Part shown: piece by piece, positions 53,026 through 63,553 of the stretch
How the letters are laid out: each line of letters opens with the position of its first letter
Position numbering within the stretch: the stretch's first letter is position 1
Source: Klebsiella michiganensis
GTDB taxonomy: Bacteria; Pseudomonadota; Gammaproteobacteria; Enterobacterales; Enterobacteriaceae
Length of the DNA stretch: 64,000 bases
Reading direction: 5' to 3'
Assembly: GCA_000963575.1 (NCBI GenBank)
Contig: CP011077.1
Coordinates: 112,288 to 176,287 of the forward strand
The notes under the pieces: model-generated
What the model saw: only the letters and a program-made list of their open reading frames with translations
Databases searched by the model: none
What the model was told of the DNA's origin: nothing
Made by a program: the position numbers and the translations under genes

Positions 53026-55455
53026 TTAAGAAACCGCGTCCTGGGACGCTGAGCTCTCAATCGTCAGGCGTACATCCGAGGTCACAAGATCGGCCAGCAT
53101 CTGGTAAACCTTGATGGTTTCGGTTGCGTCCGCGTCGCCGGTATCGCTGATGTAGCCTTCATCGCGCAGGGTAAGCACCAGCGAGGTAAAGACCGCTTTA
53201 TCAAAGAATTCCGGGGCGTTAATGCCGTGCAGAACGGACAGGCGCTGCGCCACGGTGCGGCTTTCGCGTTCCAGCGTCCCGCGGTTGATAGACGGGGTGG
53301 CGCTCAACTGCCAGAAGGTGATGGCATAACGCTGAATTGTCTCGCGTACGCCCGCCGCCAGAAGCTGCAGAGTACGAGAGCGGTTAGGGTTGATCTGCAC
53401 CTCATCACCGGCAACCATCACCAGACCCTGGCGCTCCATCTCGGCGATCAGCGCGTCAATTTCTCTGCCCAGCTCGCTCTTTTCCCAACGCAGGAACAGC
53501 TCGGCTTTCAGCATCGGATAAACCACCTCTATCTGGCGCAGCAGTTCCGCGCGTGAGATGTGGCGATGCTGAGTGATGATGGACGCCATCAGCGACGGCA
53601 ACACCAGCATGTGCATGATGTTGTTGCGGTAATAGGTCATCAACACGGCCTGTTCGCGTGGCAGAATGATGATGTCGCCGATGGTGTCTTTCTCCACCTC
53701 GAACTTGTTCATCTGCAGCGCGTGGTCGATCAGCGCATCGGCGGAAACCGTTGGTGCGGTGGCATCCGGAGAATACGGCACGTTACGCAGCAGGTTCAGG
53801 TAGCAGTCGAGCTGTTCAGTGAGCTGCTCACGGGTCAGCGAGCGCTGGCGTGAAGCAAGCAGCGCGGTACAGCACAGGTTCATGGCGTTAGCTGCCCCTG
53901 CGTTGTTGATGCGCACCATCAGGGAGGCTGCGATATCGTTCACCGTTGGCGTCAGCCATGCCGGGCGAATCGACTCGATAGGATCGATAGAATCCTTCCA
54001 TTCCGGCACATGCTGGTTCAGGTAGGTCATCAGCGGCAGCGGTTCGCCGAAGTTGACGTAACCCTGACCTAGGTTACGCAGCTTACTCAGGCCGCGCACC
54101 ATCTGCATGAAGCTCTCTTTTTCCTTGGTCGCCCCGCGCAGCTCTTTCGCGTAGGTACCCACTTCCATGACGTGCTCGTAGCCGATGTAAATTGGCACCA
54201 GAGTAATCGGACGAGTACCGCCGCGCAGCATCGCCTGAATCGTCATCGACAGCGTGCCGGTCTTCGGATCGAGCAGGCGACCGGTGCGGGAACGGCCACC
54301 CTCGACAAAGTATTCAACGGAATAGCCGCGGCTGAACAGTTCGCCGAGGTATTCGCGGAACACCGTGGAGTAAAGCTTGTTGCCCTTGAAAGTACGGCGA
54401 ATAAAGAACGCGCCCAGGCGGCGGAAAATCGGGCCGGCCGGCCAGAAGTTCAGGTTGATCCCGGCGGCGATGTGCGGCGGAACCAGCCCCTGGTGATAAA
54501 GCACGTAGGAGAGCAGCAGGTAATCCATGTGGCTGCGGTGGCAGGGCACATAGACAATTTCATGGCCGTCATGCGCAAGCTGGCGCACGCGTTCGGCGTT
54601 GTGCACGTTAATGCCCTGATAGAGGCGGTTCCAGGTTAACCCTAAAACGCGGTCCGTCAGACGCACGGCTTCGTAGGAGAAGTTGGCGGCAATCTCTTCC
54701 ATCAGTGCGACGGCATTTTGCTGCGCTTTCTCATGGGATATTTTCTTACTGCGGGCTTCATCTTCTACCGCACGGGCAATTGCTTTTGATGCCAGCAGCT
54801 TGTTGAAGAGATCCTGGCGAACCGGCAAGCGAGGGCCAACGGCGGCAAGGCGCTGACGAGCAAAGTGGGTGCGCGCCACGCGAGCCAGCTTTTGGGCGAT
54901 AATTTTGTCCGTGCCGTGTTCGGTTGCCATGCGGCGAAGCGAAACCGGCGGCGAGAAGCGCACGAAGCTATCGCGGCCCAGCCACGAAACCGCAAAGAAT
55001 TTTTGGATGCCGTTCAACGTCCGTAAAGGTGGGTTGATTTCCCCTTTTTCGCGCCCTGGAGAGCGGCCGAACATCACGGAAACCGGGACCATCTGTACAT
55101 CGAGATCGGGATTGCTGCGGTGCAGATCCAGATAATCGTGGAACAGTTTTACCGACTCTTCTTTTGGCGTGTAATAGGTAAAGACGCGCGGCCCGCCGTG
55201 GATAAACACGTAGCGCGGCAGCAGTACGCCGTCAATTTCCAGAGGTTCCAGCGGGTCGGGCAGGTCGTGATCCAGGCATTGGGCACGCAGCGTCAGTAAG
55301 TCTGCCTTAGAATTGTAGGGCAGGACGTACATAATGGGGCGTGAAGGGTCCAGACCGAGTTCGGTTTGCGGATCCGCCGGGATAGACTTGCTCTTTACCA
55401 GAACACTTAATGGTAAATTCAGTAATTTGTAGTAAATTCTTGGCCAGCCTGACAT
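53026..55455 (-). CDS. plsB: glycerol-3-phosphate acyltransferase
   Basis: 809 aa, [29 protein letters not shown]… HxxxxD motif (CHRSHMDY). Confidence 0.98.
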   Translation of the reverse strand: MSGWPRIYYKLLNLPLSVLVKSKSIPADPQTELGLDPSRPIMYVLPYNSKADLLTLRAQCLDHDLPDPLEPLEIDGVLLPRYVFIHGGPRVFTYYTPKEESVKLFHDYLDLHRSNPDLDVQMVPVSVMFGRSPGREKGEINPPLRTLNGIQKFFAVSWLGRDSFVRFSPPVSLRRMATEHGTDKIIAQKLARVARTHFARQRLAAVGPRLPVRQDLFNKLLASKAIARAVEDEARSKKISHEKAQQNAVALMEEIAANFSYEAVRLTDRVLGLTWNRLYQGINVHNAERVRQLAHDGHEIVYVPCHRSHMDYLLLSYVLYHQGLVPPHIAAGINLNFWPAGPIFRRLGAFFIRRTFKGNKLYSTVFREYLGELFSRGYSVEYFVEGGRSRTGRLLDPKTGTLSMTIQAMLRGGTRPITLVPIYIGYEHVMEVGTYAKELRGATKEKESFMQMVRGLSKLRNLGQGYVNFGEPLPLMTYLNQHVPEWKDSIDPIESIRPAWLTPTVNDIAASLMVRINNAGAANAMNLCCTALLASRQRSLTREQLTEQLDCYLNLLRNVPYSPDATAPTVSADALIDHALQMNKFEVEKDTIGDIIILPREQAVLMTYYRNNIMHMLVLPSLMASIITQHRHISRAELLRQIEVVYPMLKAELFLRWEKSELGREIDALIAEMERQGLVMVAGDEVQINPNRSRTLQLLAAGVRETIQRYAITFWQLSATPSINRGTLERESRTVAQRLSVLHGINAPEFFDKAVFTSLVLTLRDEGYISDTGDADATETIKVYQMLADLVTSDVRLTIESSASQDAVS

Positions 55456-55586
55456 AAATGATGTAAAGCCTCAGGTTAATAATGCAAATGCGCCGCAAGG
55501 ATATCAGAAACTCTGGGGAATTTCTGTGGCGCTGCGATTTAGACTCAATGAGCATTGACGCTCAATCTATAAAAAGGTTTCCTTGA

Positions 55587-55955
55587 ATGGCGAATAATAC
55601 CACCGGCATCACCCGCATTATTAAAGCTGCAGGCTACTCGTGGAAGGGGCTACGTGCCGCCTGGATCAACGAAGCCGCCTTTCGTCAGGAGGGCGTGGCT
55701 GCAGTTATCGCTATCGCCATCGCCTGCTGGCTGAATGTGGACCCTATCACGCGTATTTTACTGATTGGCTCGGTTGTTTTGGTGATGATTGTCGAAATCC
55801 TCAACAGCGCCATTGAAGCGCTGGTTGACCGTGTGGGCACCGAGTACCACGAGCTTTCGGGACGAGCTAAAGATATGGGGTCAGCCGCCGTACTGATTGC
55901 GATTATCCTTGCGGTCGCGACCTGGGCCACCTTGCTTTGGCCACATTTGCGATAA
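55587..55955 (+). CDS. dgkA: diacylglycerol kinase
   Basis: 122 aa, MANNTTGITRIIKAAGYSWKGLRAAWINEAAFRQE…. Confidence 0.97.
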   Translation: MANNTTGITRIIKAAGYSWKGLRAAWINEAAFRQEGVAAVIAIAIACWLNVDPITRILLIGSVVLVMIVEILNSAIEALVDRVGTEYHELSGRAKDMGSAAVLIAIILAVATWATLLWPHLR

Positions 55956-56009
55956 CCCTTCCAGAATAGTTTAAGTCGCTGGTTTTTTGCTTAATTTGTG
56001 GTTTCAAAT

Positions 56010-56056
56010 TCGCCCGGGGCTGTATATACTCACAGCATAACTGTATAAACACCCAG
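56010..56056 (+). promoter_or_regulatory. two LexA (SOS) boxes in the lexA promoter
   Basis: CTGTATATACTCACAG (56010-56025) and CTGTATAAACACCCAG (56041-56056), CTGT-N8-ACAG consensus. Confidence 0.9.
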
Positions 56057-56064
56057 GGGGCGGA

Positions 56065-56673
56065 ATGAAAGCACTAACTACCAGGCAGCAAGAGGTGTTT
56101 GATCTCATTCGGGATCATATCAACCAAACCGGCATGCCACCTACGCGCGCCGAGATTGCACAACGTCTGGGGTTCCGTTCTCCAAACGCCGCGGAAGAAC
56201 ACCTCAAAGCGCTGGCGCGCAAAGGTGTCATCGAGATTGTTTCTGGTGCATCCCGCGGTATTCGTCTGCTGGTTGAAGAAGAAAACGGCCTGCCGCTGGT
56301 GGGGCGCGTTGCCGCGGGCGAGCCGCTGCTGGCGCAGCAGCACATTGAAGGTCACTACCAGGTTGATCCATCGCTGTTCAAGCCGAATGCCGATTTCCTG
56401 CTGCGCGTAAGCGGCATGTCGATGAAAGATATCGGCATCATGGACGGTGATTTATTAGCGGTACACAAAACCCAGGACGTGCGTAACGGCCAGGTCGTTG
56501 TCGCGCGAATCGATGATGAAGTAACCGTAAAACGCCTGAAAAAGCAGGGTAATACCGTGCATCTGCTGCCGGAAAACAGCGAATTTCAGCCGATTGTGGT
56601 CGATCTTCGTGAGCAGAACTTTAGCATTGAAGGCCTGGCCGTCGGGGTGATCCGCAACGGTGAATGGCTGTAA
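56065..56673 (+). CDS. lexA: SOS repressor/autopeptidase LexA
   Basis: 202 aa, [54 protein letters not shown]…. Confidence 0.98.
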   Translation: MKALTTRQQEVFDLIRDHINQTGMPPTRAEIAQRLGFRSPNAAEEHLKALARKGVIEIVSGASRGIRLLVEEENGLPLVGRVAAGEPLLAQQHIEGHYQVDPSLFKPNADFLLRVSGMSMKDIGIMDGDLLAVHKTQDVRNGQVVVARIDDEVTVKRLKKQGNTVHLLPENSEFQPIVVDLREQNFSIEGLAVGVIRNGEWL

Positions 56674-56751
56674 CATCTCTTTCGGTGGTGCGGTAAATCT
56701 GCCGTGCCACCTGCATTAAACACCCCTCTATTTTCCCTCTGGATCATTCTC

Positions 56752-58085
56752 ATGCGATTCTTTTCGTCAACGGATGGTGCGCTGTGGCGTCTTGCGCTGC
56801 CGATGATTTTTTCCAATATCACCGTGCCGCTGCTGGGCCTGGTCGATACCGCAGTCATTGGCCATCTTGATAGCCCAACCTATCTTGGCGGGGTGGCTAT
56901 CGGCGCCACGGCGACCAGCTTCCTCTTTATGCTGCTGCTATTCCTGCGTATGAGCACCACCGGGTTAACGGCGCAGGCGTTTGGGGCGAACGACCCGCAG
57001 CGGCTGGCGCGGGCACTGGTTCAGCCCCTGATGCTGGCGCTGATAGCCGGGATCGCTATCGTGGTTCTGCGGTATCCACTGATTAACCTTGCGCTACACG
57101 TTGTTGGTGGCAACGACGAGGTGCTGTATCAGGCAAGGCGGTTCCTTGAAATCCGTTGGCTTAGCGCCCCTGCATCGCTGGCTAACCTCGTGCTCCTGGG
57201 GTGGCTGCTTGGCGTTCAGTACGCGCGGGCGCCGGTGATCCTGTTGGTGGTTGGGAACCTGATTAACATCGTGCTCGACCTCTGGCTGGTGATGGGGCTG
57301 CACATGAACGTGCAGGGGGCCGCGCTGGCCACGGCGGTATCTGAATACGCCACGTTTATCATCGGCCTGCTGATGGTGCGTAAAGTTATGAAGCTGCGGG
57401 GCATCAGTTGGGCTCGCCTCAAAACGGCCTGGCAAGGGGATGTACGCAAGCTGCTGGCGCTCAACCGGGACATCATGCTGCGTTCGCTGCTGCTGCAAAT
57501 TTGCTTTGCTTCTATCACCATCTTCGGCGCTCGTCTCGGCAGCGAAATTGTAGCGGTCAACGCCGTGCTGATGACGCTGTTAACCTTCACCGCCTATGCC
57601 CTGGATGGCTTTGCTTACGCCGTGGAAGCCCATTCGGGCCAGGCTTATGGGGCGGGCAATCGTGGGCAATTGCTTGAGGTTTGGGGGCCGCGTGCAGGCA
57701 GGCGGGGCTGGTTGCGATAGCGTTTGCGGCTATTTATGCCTTTGCCGGGGAGCAAATCGTCGCGCTGCTTACCTCCCTGCCGGAGCTTCGTATTCTGGCA
57801 AATCATTACCTTGCCTGGCAGGTGATCTTGCCGGTCGTGGGCGTTTGGTGCTACCTGCTGGACGGTATGTTTATCGGCGCTACGCGAGGCACTGAGATGC
57901 GAAATAGCATGGCGGTTGCGGCATTGGGCTTTGGCGTGACGCTGCTTACGCTGCCGTTGCTTGGTAACCACGCCCTGTGGCTGTCGCTGGCGGTGTTTTT
58001 AGCTTTGCGTGGCCTGTCACTCGGGGTTATCTGGCGTCGACACTGGCGCAACAATACCTGGTTTGCCGCGCCGGGCGGGCATTGA
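56752..58085 (+). pseudogene. dinF: MATE-family efflux protein DinF, interrupted by a -1 frameshift in a G5 run (about 57683-57687); split into ORFs 56704..57720 and 57681..58085
   Basis: N-terminal part matches DinF up to …AYGAGNRGQLLEVW, then the reading frame diverges (GPRAGRRGWLR*); the DinF continuation …AACRQAGLVAIAFAAIYAFAGEQ… is in the +1 frame; adding one G restores a full-length DinF. Confidence 0.75.
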
Positions 58086-58320
58086 GTAGACTCCCCGCAC
58101 TCCGTTAATCCATCTTCTATCATGCTGATTTCTCGTTTTTAAAATGAGGCGTCAGCATGCCGTCGTTTTTAAAAATGGTTAAAGATTCTGAGTTTTAAAT
58201 GTAACCCAGAATCCTTGGCTACAATTATCTCTACATCCAGCAGACAGTGGATGTTTTCCGGCAAGACTGCATCCTGCAGTCAGGATGCAAAAACCGAAAC
58301 CGAACGATGAGGAGATGACT

Positions 58321-58530
58321 ATGAATAAGGACGAAATCGGCGGTAACTGGAAGCAGTTCAAAGGTACTATCAAAGAGAAATGGGGTAAGCTGACCGATGA
58401 CGATATGACCGTCATCGAAGGCAAGCGCGATCAGCTGGTGGGTAAAATCCAGGAGCGCTACGGCTACGCCAGAGACCAGGCAGAGAAAGAGGTGAAGGAC
58501 TGGGAGTCAGGTAACAAATATCGCTGGTAA
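58321..58530 (+). CDS. yjbJ: CsbD-family stress protein YjbJ
   Basis: MNKDEIGGNWKQFKGTIKEKWGKLTDDDMTVIEGKRDQLVGKIQERYGY… (69 aa); the ORF track starts 36 nt upstream. Confidence 0.88.
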   Translation: MNKDEIGGNWKQFKGTIKEKWGKLTDDDMTVIEGKRDQLVGKIQERYGYARDQAEKEVKDWESGNKYRW

Positions 58531-58601
58531 CCTCCGCCCCCCTCACATGTGCTAATCAGTAAGACCAATCCTGCCCGGGTACAAGGACGTACCACTCCCT
58601 C

Positions 58602-59114
58602 TTAACGCTTTTTCTTCGGCTGCACTGAATGATCGTGATCGCAGGCGCCGGGGTGGCGACAAGCTTCAACTTCCGAGCAATCAGCGCACAATCCGTGGGC
58701 CTCAATTACGTTGTGGCGCAGGGCAAACCCCATTTTTGACGCCAGCTTTTGCATAATATCTTCCACACCCTGAGCGGCTTGCTCTTTCACAGCGCCGCAT
58801 CTGTCACAGATAAACATGGCGGAAGAGTGGGTGGGATGGTCGATAAAATTGCACAGTACGTAGCTGTTGTTGGATTCCACGCGATGCACAAAACCCTGCT
58901 CAAGCAGAAAGTCCAGCGCACGGTAAACGGTAGGAGGCTTAGCCTGTGGCTCGCTGACGCGCAAGAGATCGAGCAGGTCATAGGCGCTTATGGCGCCGGT
59001 TTGCTCGGCCATCAGGCGCAAAACCTCAAGGCGCTGTGGCGTCAGGCGTACATTGCGTTGCAGGCAGAGCTTTTCAGCCTGAGCTAACACGTTTTGCGAA
59101 GTTATGGTGTCCAT
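58602..59114 (-). CDS. zur: zinc uptake regulator Zur (Fur family)
   Basis: start set at MDTITSQNVLAQAEKLCLQRNVRLTPQRLEVLRLM… by homology; C-terminal Cys-rich metal site. Confidence 0.93.
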   Translation of the reverse strand: MDTITSQNVLAQAEKLCLQRNVRLTPQRLEVLRLMAEQTGAISAYDLLDLLRVSEPQAKPPTVYRALDFLLEQGFVHRVESNNSYVLCNFIDHPTHSSAMFICDRCGAVKEQAAQGVEDIMQKLASKMGFALRHNVIEAHGLCADCSEVEACRHPGACDHDHSVQPKKKR

Positions 59115-59209
59115 CAGCCTCTCCCGGTCATTGACGCAATACTTTACCATAAGGCGTATAAAACGCCGAATCCTGGTACATAATGACCCTATCTACCCAG
59201 GAGGAAGTG

Positions 59210-59713
59210 ATGCAAAAACCCGATTGTATTCGTCACTGGCGTGAGCTGGAAGGTGAGGATGACTCAACGTATCCGGACAGCGCGGAGCTGTTTTCTATTG
59301 GCGCTCCTCTGGCCCGTCATTTAGGTTTAACTCGCCTTGGTATCCACCACGAGCGCATTCCCCCTGGCCGCAGAACCTCTTATCCCCACGCGGAGAGCAG
59401 CGAAGAAGAGTTTGCCTATGTTCTCGAAGGGCATCCTGAAGTGTGGATCAATGGTCATCTCTGGGCGCTTGAGCCCGGCGATAGCGTGGGATTCCCTGCC
59501 GGGACCGGCATTTGCCATACCTTTATTAATAATACCGAACAGGATGTGCGGTTATTAGTCATTGGTGAAGCAAATAAAGCTGAAAATAAAATTTATTACC
59601 CGCTAAATCAGTCTTACGCCATGCAGCGTAAGGATCGCTGGATAGATCATCCCCCTCAATTCTTTGGTCCGCATAACGGCCTGCCTTCACGAAAGCCCAA
59701 GGGTAAACTATAA
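59210..59713 (+). CDS. cupin-domain protein (lineage-specific, no E. coli K-12 counterpart here)
   Basis: AGGAGG RBS 6 nt before the ATG at 59210; cupin_2-like core (…GHPEVWINGHLWALEPGDSVGFPAGTGICHTF…). Confidence 0.75.
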   Translation: MQKPDCIRHWRELEGEDDSTYPDSAELFSIGAPLARHLGLTRLGIHHERIPPGRRTSYPHAESSEEEFAYVLEGHPEVWINGHLWALEPGDSVGFPAGTGICHTFINNTEQDVRLLVIGEANKAENKIYYPLNQSYAMQRKDRWIDHPPQFFGPHNGLPSRKPKGKL

Positions 59714-59884
59714 ATTAATTAGCAAGGAAACGATGAGACGCTAACCCTAAGGATATATTTGGGATCCCGATGGTTCAAATATCCATCTTTTTATCGCGCT
59801 ATTCACAGCAATAGTCTGCCTCTGTTCAGTCATAACTGTCAGGGGCGAATTACTTCATCTGACAATCAGACAGGCGTGCTGTGA

Positions 59885-61192
59885 ATGAATAAAATAAAAT
59901 CTTCGGTGGCGACACTCGCCGCAACGTTATTTATTGCCCATCAGGCCGGGGCAGCAGGGACCTGGTCCGAAGCGCGAAACGATGCGATGGGGGGAACAGG
60001 TGTTGCTTCTGCTAATTATGGCAGCGGTGTATTAATCAACCCGGCGCTATTAGCTCGTGCCCAACCAGATGCCGATATTACCGTTATTCTGCCTTCCATC
60101 GGGGCGCAAATTACGGATAAAGACAATCTCCAGGACCGCATTGATGATATCAGCGACAAAGTTGATAACTATAAACAGGCCATTGGGTCGTTAACGCCGC
60201 GAGATATTCTTTTAAATCCGAACGGTACGTTAAATCAGTTTCGCAGCGCAGCCGGAGATTTAGCCGGTGAACTTGAAGATTTGCGAGGCGAAACGGCGAA
60301 TGCCAAAGCTGCCGCGGGTATTGCGGTCAGCATTCCAAATGACACTCTTTCCGTTGCTTTCGTCACGAAGGCTTACGCGCGGGCAAAAGTCAGCTCCTCT
60401 ATCGACCAAAATGATATCAATTATCTACGCAGTATTCAGAACTCCAGCGCGGTAGCGGGAAGCGTGGCGATTGATGCGGCGTTAAATGGCTCCGACCAGA
60501 TCACCCGTAACCTGAATTCGACCGCTTCCGGCCGCGCGGCCATCGTTTCTGATTACGGTATTGCCCTGGCCCACAGGTTCGATATTGGTGGCGTGCCGGT
60601 TTCCGTTGGCGTCACACCGAAACTGCAGAAAACCTGGCTCTATAACTACACAACGTCCATTTACGACTATCGCAGCGGCGACTGGAAGAACAGCCAGTAC
60701 CGCAACGATGACACCGGATTTAACCTTGATGCCGGCGTGGCGGCCGATTTTGGCGACAACTGGACGGTTGGCCTGAGCGGCCAGAACCTGGTGTCCCGGG
60801 ATATCGACACGAAAGATATTCGCATTACTAACGGGCGTACCGGCGAAGTTCGCAACTACAAAGATACTTATCAAATCAGCCCGCTGGTGACCGCCGGCGT
60901 AGCCTGGCATAACGAACTGGTGACGTTGAGCGCTGACGGTGACTTGACCGAAACCAAAGGCTTTAAAAGCGAGGCCAATTCCCAGTACGTGGGTGTCGGT
61001 GCTGAGGTGAGACCGCTTTCCTGGCTGGCGCTGCGTGCCGGCTACCGTGCGGATGTGAAAAGCAATGACAGCAACGTCTTTACCGGTGGGGTAGGGTTCG
61101 CGGCCGGCAAGCACGTTAATATCGATTTGATGGGCCTGTACGGCGAGGACCAAACCTGGGGCGCAGGGGCGCAGCTGAGCGTGGCCTTCTGA
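59885..61192 (+). CDS. outer-membrane beta-barrel protein (TraF-like / FadL-OmpP1-like family)
   Basis: 435 aa, cleavable signal peptide (…AHQAGAAGTW), alternating amphipathic beta-strands, C-terminal aromatic …LSVAF typical of OMPs. Confidence 0.75.
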   Translation: MNKIKSSVATLAATLFIAHQAGAAGTWSEARNDAMGGTGVASANYGSGVLINPALLARAQPDADITVILPSIGAQITDKDNLQDRIDDISDKVDNYKQAIGSLTPRDILLNPNGTLNQFRSAAGDLAGELEDLRGETANAKAAAGIAVSIPNDTLSVAFVTKAYARAKVSSSIDQNDINYLRSIQNSSAVAGSVAIDAALNGSDQITRNLNSTASGRAAIVSDYGIALAHRFDIGGVPVSVGVTPKLQKTWLYNYTTSIYDYRSGDWKNSQYRNDDTGFNLDAGVAADFGDNWTVGLSGQNLVSRDIDTKDIRITNGRTGEVRNYKDTYQISPLVTAGVAWHNELVTLSADGDLTETKGFKSEANSQYVGVGAEVRPLSWLALRAGYRADVKSNDSNVFTGGVGFAAGKHVNIDLMGLYGEDQTWGAGAQLSVAF

Positions 61193-61277
61193 TACTGAAT
61201 GCCGGGGCAGCCTGATGCCCCGGCGCTGCTTTATGCTATAGTAGCGACCCTTTTTTAATCGTAGCCTGCGTAAACGT

Positions 61278-62282
61278 ATGTCCTCACAAAGCAACCAGAC
61301 TCCTTTCCAGCCGCACCGTTTCTCCATTGCGCCGATGCTCGACTGGACCGATCGCCACTGCCGCTATTTCCTGCGTCAGCTGTCCCGCCACACGCTGCTG
61401 TACACCGAAATGGTGACCACCGGGGCGATCATCCACGGTAAAGGGGACTATCTGGCCTATAGCGAAGAAGAACATCCGATTGCGCTGCAGCTGGGCGGCA
61501 GCGACCCGCAGGCGCTGGCGCATTGTGCGAAACTTGCCGAAGCGCGCGGCTACGATGAAATTAACCTGAACGTGGGCTGCCCTTCTGACCGGGTGCAGAA
61601 CGGGCGCTTTGGTGCCTGCCTGATGGGTGAGGCGCAGCTCGTTGCCGATTGTATTAAAGCGATGCGCGACGTGGTTTCTATCCCGGTGACTGTAAAAACC
61701 CGCATCGGCATAGACGACCAGGACAGCTACGAATTTCTCTGCGATTTCATTGGCACGGTGGCAGGCAAGGGTGAATGCGAGATGTTCATCATCCACGCGC
61801 GTAAAGCCTGGCTCTCTGGCCTGAGCCCGAAAGAAAACCGTGAAATTCCGCCGCTGGATTACCCGCGCGTTTATCAGCTCAAGCGTGATTTCCCGCAGCT
61901 GACCATGGCGATTAACGGCGGTATCAAGACGCTGGCAGAAGCACAAACGCACCTCCAGCATCTGGATGGCGTGATGGTCGGGCGTGAGGCTTACCAAAAC
62001 CCAGGCTTGCTGACGACGGTCGATCGCGAAATTTTCGGGGCTGACGTCGTGGACAGCGATCCTGTAGCCGTGGTGCGGGCGATGTATCCGTATATTGAAC
62101 GTGAACTGGCAAACGGCACCTACCTTGGCCATGTGACTCGCCACATGCTTGGCCTGTTCCAGGGAATTCCGGGCGCGCGTCAGTGGCGCCGTTACTTAAG
62201 CGAGAACGCGCATAAAGCCGGGGCGGGCATTGAAGTCGTTGAGCACGCGCTGTCTTTGGTCGCCGATAAACGTCAGCTTTAG
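61278..62282 (+). CDS. dusA: tRNA-dihydrouridine(20/20a) synthase DusA
   Basis: 334 aa, …[40 protein letters not shown]… matches DusA. Confidence 0.96.
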   Translation: MSSQSNQTPFQPHRFSIAPMLDWTDRHCRYFLRQLSRHTLLYTEMVTTGAIIHGKGDYLAYSEEEHPIALQLGGSDPQALAHCAKLAEARGYDEINLNVGCPSDRVQNGRFGACLMGEAQLVADCIKAMRDVVSIPVTVKTRIGIDDQDSYEFLCDFIGTVAGKGECEMFIIHARKAWLSGLSPKENREIPPLDYPRVYQLKRDFPQLTMAINGGIKTLAEAQTHLQHLDGVMVGREAYQNPGLLTTVDREIFGADVVDSDPVAVVRAMYPYIERELANGTYLGHVTRHMLGLFQGIPGARQWRRYLSENAHKAGAGIEVVEHALSLVADKRQL

Positions 62283-62433
62283 TCGTAAACGTATCGGGAT
62301 AATTCAGGTATTGCGGAGCCGATCACAAGCCTGAACTTAATCCCGCGGGCGTCATTTCTTTTACTTATTAAATCTGCGACTATCCTTCGGCAGTAACAAG
62401 AATTCATCGCGCTGTACCCTACATACAGCACGA

Positions 62434-62480
62434 ACAAAAAAGAAAGGGCTTCCTCCGGGAAGCCCTAATTCTTTCCAGAT
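62434..62480. terminator. bidirectional terminator between dusA and qorA
   Basis: caaaaaagaaagggcttcctccgggaagccctaattcttt: 8-bp stem. Confidence 0.75.
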
Positions 62481-62490
62481 TTTGAGATAG

Positions 62491-63474
62491 TTACGGAATC
62501 AACAGGCTTGAGCCCTGCGTTGCGCGGCTCTCCAGCGTCTGGTGAGCAAGCACCGCGTCCTTCAGCGCAAACTTCTGGTTTTCCGCTACATCCACCTTAA
62601 TGGCACCGCTGGCGATCAGCGAAAACAGCTCATGGCAGGCTTCATCGAACTCTGCGCGGGTGGTGAGATAGCCGTTCAGAGAAGGGCGTGTGACATAGAG
62701 CGATCCCTTCTGGTTCAGAATGCCCAGGTTCACGCCGGTCACCGGCCCGGAAGAGTTACCAAAGCTGACCATCAGCCCCCGGCGCTGCAGGCAATCCAGC
62801 GACGCTTCCCAGGTCTCTTTCCCGACGGAGTCATAAACCACCGCGACTTTCTTGCCGCCGGTCAGCTCTTTGACGCGCTCAGAGATGTTTTCATGCTGAT
62901 AGTTGATGGTCTGCCACGCTCCGGCCTGCAGAGCGCGATCGGCCTTTTGTGCCGAGCCGACGGTGCCAATCAATTTGGCACCGAGCGCCTTCGCCCACTG
63001 GCAGGCGATTAAGCCCACGCCACCGGCCGCCGCGTGGAACAGGAAGGTTTCATTGGCTTTGACTTCGTAGGTTTTGCGCAGCAGGTAAAACACGGTGAGG
63101 CCTTTCAGGAAAGAGGCTGCGGCCTGTTCGAAAGAGATAACATCCGGGATTTTAGCGACCTTATCGGCCGGCGCATTATGGACGCTGCTGTAGGCCCCGA
63201 GGCCAGACTGCGCGTAAACCACGCGGTCGCCAACTTTCAGGTGAGTGACTTTGCTGCCAACTTTGCTGACAACGCCAGCCGCTTCGGTCCCCAGCCCGCT
63301 CGGGAGCGCCGGAGGCGGATAAAGCCCGCTGCGAATATAGGTGTCAATGTAGTTGATACCTATAGCTTTATTCTCAACCTGAACTTCGTTCTCCGCCGGA
63401 TCTTTCGGCGTAAACTCAACGGCTTTCAGTACTTCTGGCCCGCCGTGTTGGCTAAATTCGATGCGCGTTGCCAT
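62491..63474 (-). CDS. qorA: NADPH:quinone oxidoreductase (zeta-crystallin family)
   Basis: 327 aa, MATRIEFSQHGGPEVLKAVEFTPKDPAENEVQVENKAIGINYIDTYIRSGLY…. Confidence 0.95.
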   Translation of the reverse strand: MATRIEFSQHGGPEVLKAVEFTPKDPAENEVQVENKAIGINYIDTYIRSGLYPPPALPSGLGTEAAGVVSKVGSKVTHLKVGDRVVYAQSGLGAYSSVHNAPADKVAKIPDVISFEQAAASFLKGLTVFYLLRKTYEVKANETFLFHAAAGGVGLIACQWAKALGAKLIGTVGSAQKADRALQAGAWQTINYQHENISERVKELTGGKKVAVVYDSVGKETWEASLDCLQRRGLMVSFGNSSGPVTGVNLGILNQKGSLYVTRPSLNGYLTTRAEFDEACHELFSLIASGAIKVDVAENQKFALKDAVLAHQTLESRATQGSSLLIP

Positions 63475-63553
63475 GGAAACTCCTTGTGTCGAAGAGTGAC
63501 AAGAATGGTTATACTTCCCGGTCTCTCACTATGAATTTGGTAGCTCCCTCACT

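Noticed and set aside
57681-58085. Separate 134-aa ORF annotated with a TTG start
   Set aside because: It is the C-terminal portion of dinF displaced by the frameshift, not an independent gene.
58266-58292. Hairpin tgcatcctg-cagtc-aggatgca just upstream of yjbJ
   Set aside because: Not followed by a U-run in either orientation, so not an intrinsic terminator. It could be a 5'-UTR structure but there is no further support, so it was not scored as a finding.
60482-61327. 281-aa minus-strand ORF
   Set aside because: Antisense to the OMP gene and to the dusA 5' end. The OMP gene has a signal peptide and a C-terminal Phe supporting the plus-strand call.
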